DNA of 62,358 bases, taken from contig JAQBQU010000016.1 in the NCBI GenBank assembly GCA_028286865.1, positions 1-62,358 on the forward strand, given 5' to 3'. The position numbers and the translations under genes are program-made. The notes beneath the pieces are model-generated. The model was not told the origin of the DNA, did no database searches, and saw only the letters and a program-made list of their open reading frames with translations. This document shows positions 8,259 to 14,775 of this stretch, piece by piece. Positions within the stretch are counted from its first letter, which is position 1. Every line of letters starts with the position of its first letter. The stretch is from Candidatus Kaiserbacteria bacterium. GTDB lineage: Bacteria; Patescibacteriota; Minisyncoccia; Phycocordibacterales; UBA2100.

Positions 8259-8585
8259 AGCGGCGGAACCCTTGCCACTGAGGCAGGGTTTCGGGTCGGG
8301 AAAGTCCTAACTCGACAAGATCCGTAGGGATTTATCAAGTAGGAGATAATCCTATGCGTGAAATGTTGACTGCGCTCGAGATGATCGAGCAGCACCCTTG
8401 CCTGCCGGCCGGCATGAAGAAGCGGGCGGCAACCTGGGGCGACGGCGGCTAACGTGCACGAGCCGTTGATCGCCACCTCGGTGGCATCAGGCTACACATG
8501 CTGAGCTAGCAACTCGGAGTGTGACCAAATGGGACCGGGAAATGAATGACAGCATCTGCTGTCAAACATTCCCGGTCTTTTTTAT
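8259..8585 (+). ncRNA. unclassified structured RNA / small-ORF transcription unit (~325 nt)
   Basis: GC-rich block inside a 741-nt non-coding gap, bounded by the promoter above and a strong terminator. The terminator is a GACCGGGAAaTG...CATTCCCGGTC stem (8533-8577) followed by TTTTTTTATTTT. There are several internal hairpins, e.g. 8265-8292. It contains a GGGAAAGTCC motif but no complete RNase P, tmRNA or SRP signature. Confidence 0.5.
8354..8452 (+). CDS. candidate 32-aa peptide inside the RNA unit
   Basis: AGGAG at 8341-8345 lies 8 nt before ATG 8354. Translation is MREMLTALEMIEQHPCLPAGMKKRAATWGDGG, with TAA at 8450-8452. It could equally be a non-coding structured region. Confidence 0.3.
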   Translation: MREMLTALEMIEQHPCLPAGMKKRAATWGDGG

Positions 8586-8586
8586 T

Positions 8587-9342
8587 TTATTCGTCAGACG
8601 GGCCTTCAGCGCGTTCCCACAAGAATTCGAATATCATTTTCATACTGGCCGCTATCTGAGTGCTCTGTACGATCATTGCGAAGAGCGTCCCCTCGAGAGA
8701 AAAGATAGCCGTTTTGTCGTCGTAGATATTAATATCAATCGTCAGCGGCAGGACACTCGGAGGGAGGAATTTGCGCTCGGTAAGGCTGTCGAGCCCGGCA
8801 CGGGTGAAATACTCTTTATGCAGATAGATTCCTTTTGAGTGGATCCCGAGTGCTTTTCGTCTGTCAGAGTATTCGTCTAATTCTTTTGCACTGAAGATCT
8901 TCGCAAGATGCTCGTAAGAGAGCGTAATAAATATCTTCTTATCTTTTGTGGTGAGCACTTCGTCGCGCGCACTGGCGACTCCTTCTTTACCCGGGAAAAA
9001 TCGTACGATCGGTCGCTCTCCTCCCCCTTCGTACTGTCGCAGGAGCGTAGGAAGCAGCACAGAGAGATCCTGTTCGCGACTTACAATGTCGTTTTTTTGT
9101 TTGCTGATGAGTCGAGCAAGCAGCTCCGGAGATTCGGGTGCGAAGAATGTCTTCTTATCCTGCTCATAGGTACTCATGAGGCCCATTTTCATGAGCGATT
9201 CTATTTGAACATAGGTGGTCGAGCGGTTGACCTTCGCATGTTTGGAGAGTTTTTCCGCAGTCGTAGGACCGAGCTCAAGCGCGGCGAAATAGACGCGTGC
9301 CTCTTTTTCTGAAAGTCCGATGTCTTGTAATTCTTTGAACAT
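8587..9342 (-). CDS. TrmB-family transcriptional regulator
   Basis: N-terminal winged-helix MFKELQDIGLSEKEARVYFAALELGPTTAEKLSKHAKVNRSTTYVQIESLMKMGL is typical of TrmB. I prefer ATG 9342 over the track's TTG 9348. TGtTAAAAT lies 9 nt upstream. Confidence 0.85.
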   Translation of the reverse strand: MFKELQDIGLSEKEARVYFAALELGPTTAEKLSKHAKVNRSTTYVQIESLMKMGLMSTYEQDKKTFFAPESPELLARLISKQKNDIVSREQDLSVLLPTLLRQYEGGGERPIVRFFPGKEGVASARDEVLTTKDKKIFITLSYEHLAKIFSAKELDEYSDRRKALGIHSKGIYLHKEYFTRAGLDSLTERKFLPPSVLPLTIDINIYDDKTAIFSLEGTLFAMIVQSTQIAASMKMIFEFLWERAEGPSDE

Positions 9343-9439
9343 TGTCAAAGCATTTTAACATAATTACCTCGTTCCCTTCTCGGGTCACCAAATGCAGTCC
9401 TTGCGCGACTAGGTGAGCCGTTCGCTTCGCTTACTTCTG

Positions 9440-9510
9440 TGCGGATACGGGGAATCGAACCCCGATCCCGTCCTTGGCAAGGACGTGTTCTACCACTAAA
9501 CCATATCCGC
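9440..9510 (-). tRNA. tRNA-Gly (anticodon GCC)
   Basis: RC sequence is GCGGATATGGTTTAGTGGTAGAACACGTCCTTGCCAAGGACGGGATCGGGGTTCGATTCCCCGTATCCGCA. It folds as a canonical cloverleaf with anticodon loop TTGCCAA. No encoded CCA. Confidence 0.93.
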
Positions 9511-9552
9511 TTACACACTATCTGCGGCCGTTGAATGCCGCATTGGGTTGGA

Positions 9553-10467
9553 TTATACAGTATTGGACGGCCCCGACAATAACTCCTTCTTTGGGATAGG
9601 TGCTAATTCCACCATGCGAGCTGCCGGCTCACGCTCCCACAATGCCGCAAGTAAGCTTGCGATCGCGATTATGAACACGACGACCGGTACCCACTGCGGT
9701 CCCCTGCATACCGTGGCGAATGCCCAAAATGCGAGGAGTATGATCGCGGGTACCAGAAGCAGGAGCACCGTATAGTACAGCGGGCGCGACGGGAGCGGGT
9801 CGCGAAGCGCGATGGCAGCTGCCCCAATGAGATAGAGCGTGATAAGAAAGAACCAGAGTTCCAAAGAGCCGTTTTGAGCGCAGATATCGCCCAGTGCGAT
9901 CCCCGAACCACGCACTACCGAAGTGCTGCCCGTAGATGTGGAGGTCGTGCTTCCCGATCCCGATGTCGGGTGTGGCGGGATCACAGGAGTGGGTGGTGTG
10001 TGCGGCACCGTACTCCCCTGCCCGGGCGTGTGCATCGGGCCGCTTCCTGCAACAGAGAAGCTGATGACGCTCATGCAGACGGGCTGTCCGGTCTTTGCGG
10101 AAAGCAGCGTAAGGGTGATGGGAAGCGATGTGCCAATAGGTGTAGTCTGGACGTCAACGTGCTGGCGGACGCTGCCGTCGCTGTTCATCCAGCGCGATAC
10201 ATAGCGGAAGGTGTACGCCGTGTCTCCGATGGAGCTGATCACGACATAGTAAGACGGGTCGTTGACCGTCACATCATATGAATGTACGGCGTTATCCACA
10301 ATATACGGATGGACGTTGAGCACTTGGAGCGGAGCGCATGAGTTCCCTCCCGGCGGTATCACCTGGACGGTATTCACATTCACTTCTTCTGCTGCGGCAG
10401 AGAGTGGCACTGCAAGGCCGATGAGCGTACACACCGCAATAAGGAGTCCGATGTATGCCGCTTTCAT
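9553..10467 (-). CDS. hypothetical secreted/membrane-anchored protein
   Basis: 304 aa. It has a signal peptide (MKAAYIGLLIAVCTLIGLAVPLSAAAEE), a Pro/Thr/Ser-rich linker and C-terminal TM helices. Upstream are TTGACG-N15-TACTAA and an AAGGTGAG SD. Confidence 0.7.
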   Translation of the reverse strand: MKAAYIGLLIAVCTLIGLAVPLSAAAEEVNVNTVQVIPPGGNSCAPLQVLNVHPYIVDNAVHSYDVTVNDPSYYVVISSIGDTAYTFRYVSRWMNSDGSVRQHVDVQTTPIGTSLPITLTLLSAKTGQPVCMSVISFSVAGSGPMHTPGQGSTVPHTPPTPVIPPHPTSGSGSTTSTSTGSTSVVRGSGIALGDICAQNGSLELWFFLITLYLIGAAAIALRDPLPSRPLYYTVLLLLVPAIILLAFWAFATVCRGPQWVPVVVFIIAIASLLAALWEREPAARMVELAPIPKKELLSGPSNTV

Positions 10468-10680
10468 ATAACGCTCACCTTAGTACCCCGAGGGGCTGTG
10501 CGTCAAGCACAATAAATGTTATAAAATGCAGTCTTTAGGCCATATTTTAGCGATTTTTGTCCGTTATATATCGGACGGAGCACCGCAAAATGTCCTCTTT
10601 AGGCACAGAAAGCCAAAAAGAGGGCTTAAAATGTGGAAAACTGTGGACAACCCTGTGGATATGGGGATAAAGGACTGTAC

Positions 10681-10828
10681 GTTACACGTGAAATATGTCC
10701 ATAATTGCGGTAAAATAGCCTTATTTTAAGCCATATTATGAAGGAAATGACAAAGACAGGCTATTTTAGGGCTTAAATCTTCATAATCCACACTATGTGC
10801 TACACGGTCGAGAGATTTCACGTGTAAC
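10681..10828. repeat. 14-nt perfect inverted repeat GTTACACGTGAAAT / ATTTCACGTGTAAC
   Basis: The arms are at 10681-10694 and 10815-10828. Two more direct copies (TGTTACACGTGAAAA) lie inside the YraN gene at 11013-11027 and 11037-11051. Confidence 0.8.
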
Positions 10829-10845
10829 ATGCCTATAATTCAGGC

Positions 10846-11232
10846 ATGTACTCCAAAAAGAGACAATTGGGGAATATTGGAGAAGACATTGCCTGCCAAT
10901 TTCTCGCCCAGAAGGGATTCACGATCATTGAGCGGAATCACCTGCAAACATGGGGCGAGATAGACATTATCGCCGAGAAGGGGGGAATCGTACGGTTTGT
11001 AGAGGTAAAAGCTGTTACACGTGAAAACTTGCCGGATGTTACACGTGAAAATGATGCATATAGACCCGAGGAGCAGGTGCATCCCGCAAAGCTTCGCAAG
11101 ATCGCACGCACTGCAGAGATGTACATGAATGGGAAGGGGGACCAGCGCGATTACCAGATCGATGTTATAGGTGTCTTTATTGACCCTATACGCCGCAAGG
11201 CGCGATGCAGGCTCTTCGAGCAGGTACTTTAG
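10846..11232 (+). CDS. yraN: YraN-family (UPF0102) endonuclease-like protein
   Basis: 128 aa. LGNIGEDIACQFLAQKGFTIIERNHLQTWGEIDIIAEKGGIVRFVEVKA matches the YraN/PD-(D/E)xK-like family. TATAAT at 10834-10839 lies 6 nt before the ATG. Confidence 0.85.
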   Translation: MYSKKRQLGNIGEDIACQFLAQKGFTIIERNHLQTWGEIDIIAEKGGIVRFVEVKAVTRENLPDVTRENDAYRPEEQVHPAKLRKIARTAEMYMNGKGDQRDYQIDVIGVFIDPIRRKARCRLFEQVL

Positions 11233-11235
11233 TCG

Positions 11236-11268
11236 TAAAGGACATAATGTCCTTTAGAATGTCCTTTA
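11236..11268. repeat. TAAAGGACAT palindrome plus an extra half-site
   Basis: A 21-nt perfect palindrome TAAAGGACATaATGTCCTTTA lies at 11236-11256, with a third half-site ATGTCCTTTA at 11259-11268. The same arms flank a TTATCCACA loop at 5049-5081. Confidence 0.75.
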
Positions 11269-11316
11269 ATACTGTGAAATATCTGTGATATGATATGCCA
11301 CGCAGAAATGAAATTA

Positions 11317-11387
11317 CGGGGCGTAGTATACCGGTAGTACGCTTGGTTTGGGACCAAGTAGACCGAGTTCGATTCTCGGCGCCCCGA
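11317..11387 (+). tRNA. tRNA-Pro (anticodon TGG)
   Basis: Sequence is CGGGGCGTAGTATACCGGTAGTACGCTTGGTTTGGGACCAAGTAGACCGAGTTCGATTCTCGGCGCCCCGA. It folds as a canonical cloverleaf with anticodon loop TTTGGGA (G37 present). No encoded CCA. Confidence 0.93.
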
Positions 11388-11409
11388 CACGAGTCAACGT
11401 CATCACGAC

Positions 11410-12225
11410 ATGCATAAAGTAGGAGCATTTCTCGAAGCTGGAGGAAATAAGGTATTTTTCGTAAACGGAATATTAAGTATTCTAAGACGCGAGCAGGTCT
11501 CTGTAGATCTGTTCGTCGGGTCCAGTTCTTCAGCGGCGATAATAGTGGCGACCCTATTGGGCCAAAATAGGGAAGTAATGGAATCCTTCGCACAAAGGCT
11601 GGATTCTAATAAGAGGAATTTTTACGCCTTTAAGCGTCCGCATTTTCCACAGAACAAAATATATAAGGATTCCGTGCGGTCGTTATCAGATGATTACATC
11701 AGGAGTCGCCCGATCGGTGCGTTCAATATCATTGCTGCACGTACGTCGATCCGCCTCGTTTCATTAAAATGTTTTCTGTCCTCGGTTGTGCTTGCGCTGA
11801 GCTTTGGCGCAGGCATCAATGCGATCAGCCTTTTTCGAAAGATGTTCAAGATCACCGAATTACGCATTACGGAAAAAGATAGATTGAGTCCCGAAGAGCT
11901 CTCGAGCTTTATCATGGGTTCTTCAATGATCTATCCGTTCATAAAGCCACATACATTCAAGGATTCATTACTTCTCGAGGGCGCTCTCATGGAGCCAAAG
12001 TTCGAACGAGAGCTTGCTCAGTGTCAGAAACGGATCGTCATACACACGGAGCAAGGTACGAGCCACAAAATAGGGGATACCTTTCATTTTTTCTCAGATC
12101 GTCCTATTCCGAGCAATATCCTGGATTACACCAATGGTGCCGCGGTCCACAATCTCCATGCTATGGGGGAGTCCGTTGCCGAAGCTCAACTCCAATTGTT
12201 GAAGAACTTCCTCGAACAGGACTAA
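11410..12225 (+). CDS. patatin-like phospholipase family protein (divergent)
   Basis: 271 aa. EAGGNKVFFVNGIL resembles the GGGxxG oxyanion motif and VGSSSSA resembles the GxSxG nucleophile elbow. The usual DG(A/G) Asp appears as EGA. It lies 22 nt downstream of tRNA-Pro. Confidence 0.55.
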   Translation: MHKVGAFLEAGGNKVFFVNGILSILRREQVSVDLFVGSSSSAAIIVATLLGQNREVMESFAQRLDSNKRNFYAFKRPHFPQNKIYKDSVRSLSDDYIRSRPIGAFNIIAARTSIRLVSLKCFLSSVVLALSFGAGINAISLFRKMFKITELRITEKDRLSPEELSSFIMGSSMIYPFIKPHTFKDSLLLEGALMEPKFERELAQCQKRIVIHTEQGTSHKIGDTFHFFSDRPIPSNILDYTNGAAVHNLHAMGESVAEAQLQLLKNFLEQD

Positions 12226-12268
12226 AGAAGCTAAACCTCGCGGTCAGCAGGTCGAATGACCAAAATAA

Positions 12269-13441
12269 CTACCGCGCGATCTGATCAATGATCAAGTTGT
12301 AGAGCGCTGGAGCGTCGTTGGCGGTAAATGCTGCTGTTTTTGCCGCCAGGTCACCATTTAAATAATTGAGCAATGTAGAGCCCGTTTGGGCCGCGATATC
12401 GCGGTTGATATAGCTGAGGGTGATGCCGCGCAGGTCGCGATCCGCCGTGGTCGCGCCGGTGCTGGTCGTCGTAATAACGCCGATGAGGCGGCCCCATGCG
12501 TTGACGATGGAGCCTCCTGAGGAGCCGCTCTGCGCTTCGATGACGCTGCCGACCGATATGACATCGACGGACTTCGTCGTGAAGGTAAGTAACTGTGCGA
12601 TGTTGGTGACCGAAGAGGCCGGGTAGAGGTCGTAATTGGCAGAAGCGCCGGTGAACTCCGCCGGATAGCTGGCGGCCAGCACCTGGTCGTTGAGGAAGCC
12701 GATGGCTTCGCGTGTGTCGACGGGGATGGCAGGGAAGGTCGCAGGCAGGGGAGTGCTGTCGGTGGAATCAGTGATGTAGAGGAGCGCGTAGTCATGCTCT
12801 CCGGTTCCGAGCGGGTGTTCCGCGCTGATGTCCGCCGCATGATCGCGCACCCACGTGGCGGGGATATAGAGGACCTTGGGGATCCATTTGGAGGAGGCGG
12901 GCGATCCGGTGCGGATGAAGCACGATAGATTCACGCGCGGGCTCTCCGAAAGAAGTACGTATTGAGCCACGTGTGCGTTGGTGAGGATGACGCCGCGGGA
13001 GTCAATAATGGTGCCACTGCCGGATATCGGCCGGAGACTGCCGCCTTTGGGGGAGCAGAATATGTTCACCAGGGCGCCCCGGGCCCGCGTATTGATAGTT
13101 GAAAATGATTCGGGCTGTGTGGAGTAGGGATTTTCGATGCGGACGATCTCTCCCGATGGTTTCGTAGTGCTTGCGGTGGGTGCTGCTGCAGCAGGGCTTG
13201 TTTGCTTGATAATCGGCGCTTTTTTGACGACCGGTTTCGTAGTTGTCGCCGTGCTTGAGGCAGTAGCAGTGGTAGTGGTACGGGTACTTGTTGCAGATGC
13301 CTGCGTACTGGCAGCGACTTGCTCGCTTGAATTGGTCGGGGAGGCGGCTATTGAATACGAGGAGCGGTGTATTGCGTATGCGAGAACACCGATGATGACC
13401 GCGAGGATGATGATCTGTACCGTGAGCGTAAGGTGTCTCAT
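12269..13441 (-). CDS. trypsin-like (S1/Trypsin_2) serine protease with N-terminal membrane anchor
   Basis: 390 aa. It has a TM helix, a Thr/Ser/Ala-rich linker, GSGTIIDSRGVILTNAHV (His) and SGSSGGSIVNAWGRLIGVI (Ser) motifs. Confidence 0.85.
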   Translation of the reverse strand: MRHLTLTVQIIILAVIIGVLAYAIHRSSYSIAASPTNSSEQVAASTQASATSTRTTTTATASSTATTTKPVVKKAPIIKQTSPAAAAPTASTTKPSGEIVRIENPYSTQPESFSTINTRARGALVNIFCSPKGGSLRPISGSGTIIDSRGVILTNAHVAQYVLLSESPRVNLSCFIRTGSPASSKWIPKVLYIPATWVRDHAADISAEHPLGTGEHDYALLYITDSTDSTPLPATFPAIPVDTREAIGFLNDQVLAASYPAEFTGASANYDLYPASSVTNIAQLLTFTTKSVDVISVGSVIEAQSGSSGGSIVNAWGRLIGVITTTSTGATTADRDLRGITLSYINRDIAAQTGSTLLNYLNGDLAAKTAAFTANDAPALYNLIIDQIAR

Positions 13442-13442
13442 A

Positions 13443-13516
13443 TGGTGCGAGATGGGGGAATCGAACCCCCGCCAAGAGTTTGGAAAACTCCTATTCTGCC
13501 ATTAAACTAATCTCGC
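13443..13516 (-). tRNA. tRNA-Gly (anticodon TCC) with encoded CCA
   Basis: RC sequence is GCGAGATTAGTTTAATGGCAGAATAGGAGTTTTCCAAACTCTTGGCGGGGGTTCGATTCCCCCATCTCGCACCA. It folds as a canonical cloverleaf. It is the only tRNA in the window with a genomically encoded CCA. Confidence 0.93.
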
Positions 13517-13657
13517 TTGTCCGTTCGTGTCCCACAGAGAGGACCTCGTCCATACTCTACACGAATCCTTGGTTTCATACAAAAACCCGCGTAACGCGGG
13601 CTTTCGTATTCTCGAGATGAAAGAAACGGGCTTGCCCTCTACTGTCGAGCGAGCGCT

Positions 13658-13688
13658 GACAGAAAACCATGGGAGAATCCCATGGTTT
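13658..13688 (-). terminator. rho-independent terminator of hup
   Basis: On the minus strand, AAACCATGGGA-ttc-TCCCATGGTTT is followed by TTTTCTGT. It overlaps the stop codon by 2 nt. Confidence 0.75.
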
Positions 13689-13962
13689 ATTTTACAGAGT
13701 CCTTCAGTGTCTTGGATGCGCGGAACTTCGGTACGCGCATTGCCTTGATCTGAATCGTGGCGCCCGTTCGCGGATTGCGTCCGGTGCGTCCTGCGCGGGT
13801 CTTGGCTTCGAAGATACCCAAGCCCGCGATCGATACTTCGTCGCCGTTCTTGAGCGTCATCGTGATCATGTCTATGATCGCTTCGACTGCACGCTCCGCA
13901 TCTGCCTTCGTAGAACCAATCGTCGTCGCGACGCGTTCCACGAGATCCATTTTATTTGCCAT
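13687..13962 (-). CDS. hup: DNA-binding protein HU
   Basis: 91 aa. MANKMDLVERVA...GFGIFEAKTRAGRTGRNPRTGATIQI-type HU/IHF signature (GLGIFEAKTRAGRTGRNPRTGA). Confidence 0.95.
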   Translation of the reverse strand: MANKMDLVERVATTIGSTKADAERAVEAIIDMITMTLKNGDEVSIAGLGIFEAKTRAGRTGRNPRTGATIQIKAMRVPKFRASKTLKDSVK

Positions 13963-14121
13963 ACAAATATTCGATAATTACCGATTAAAATTGCACATTC
14001 GACCTCACCCGACCATTTTGAGCCGTATTTTAGGGCTGTCAATCAGTGCCAGTGCGTTATCCACAGCCAAAATAAGAAGGGCCCGCGTCGATCGCGGACC
14101 CCATTTTTAGCCAGTCACAGC

Positions 14122-14664
14122 CTAGTTCAGATTATTTGGCGGTTTCTTCGGCTTGGATTTCGAAACCATCATCTCTGCCATCAGCCGATAGCCGCTGTGA
14201 ACGGACGTGAAGAGCGCTTTGATGTGCGGTGTTCGCTCCGCGTCATCACGTTCCTTGATGAGAAGCTGCCGAGCATTACGGACCTTAATATCGAGTCCTT
14301 TACTAAGGTCAGACGGTATTGGCGCTGCACTATAAGTCAGGATCGTCATATCAAGGACTCGTTCGCGGGTTGCTGCGACAAGCATCAATAGAACGATTTC
14401 TGCTGCATTGGCCGCTCTGAGGATCTCAAGTGGCGTGATGTGGAGGCATTCATCCGCGCCGTGCATTACGCATTCTGCGATAGCACAGAGCGACGAGGCG
14501 CGTAGTTGCGCGCTGATCTCGTTCGTCTTGACGTTACCGATCGTCGCCAGCGTGAATGCTTCGTGGGGCATTGCGGTCCGCAAGGTGAATTTGAGCGCTT
14601 CCAGGAACACAGGAGCAGTATCGTCCTGCTGTGCTGCGTCAAGCACTATTCGAATTGATGACAT
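14122..14664 (-). CDS. hypothetical protein
   Basis: 180 aa with no recognisable motif. A GGAGAAG SD lies 8 nt upstream of the ATG, with its own hairpin + T-run downstream (GGGGTCCGCG...CGCGGGCCC, about 14078-14101). Confidence 0.6.
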   Translation of the reverse strand: MSSIRIVLDAAQQDDTAPVFLEALKFTLRTAMPHEAFTLATIGNVKTNEISAQLRASSLCAIAECVMHGADECLHITPLEILRAANAAEIVLLMLVAATRERVLDMTILTYSAAPIPSDLSKGLDIKVRNARQLLIKERDDAERTPHIKALFTSVHSGYRLMAEMMVSKSKPKKPPNNLN

Positions 14665-14705
14665 GTCCTACTTCTCCATTGCTTCCGGTTCCCATCCTGC
14701 ATCAA

Positions 14706-14749
14706 AAAGAAAAAAGCCGCAATCCGCCAGGCGGCGGAGCGGCTTTTTT
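14706..14749. terminator. bidirectional terminator downstream of rny
   Basis: GCCGC...GCGGC outer stem with an inner CCGCC/GGCGG stem, flanked by a long A-run and a T-run. Confidence 0.7.
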
Positions 14750-14775
14750 CGGGGCAGGGTCCGTCGGCTGGTGGA

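Noticed and set aside
8259-8585. Possible RNase P RNA (rnpB), because of GGGAAAGTCC, CGGAG..CCAAATGGG and AATGAATGAC segments in the canonical order.
   Set aside because: I could not find a 3' partner for P4 at the expected 3'-proximal position. The only AGGCT match is 5 bp and precedes the other motifs. No P1/P2 pairing or P15 region exists, and the unit is only about 325 nt. It is kept as an unclassified RNA. A covariance-model search is needed.
8259-8585. Possible tmRNA or SRP RNA.
   Set aside because: There is no tRNA-like 5' GGGG...TTCGA / 3' T-arm...CCACCA ends, and the internal ORF ends GDGG rather than a hydrophobic (L/V)AA tag. No GGAAG-type helix-8 SRP motif (AGGTCCGGAAGGAAGCAGC-like) is present.
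10472-10845. oriC call for the 374-bp AT-rich spacer with three tandem TGTGGAnAn boxes. The same question applies to the 8.1-kb spacer.
   Set aside because: No dnaA, dnaN or gidA neighbourhood is present, the boxes at 10.6 kb are degenerate, and GC skew cannot be computed reliably on one window. It is reported as a motif finding, not as an origin.
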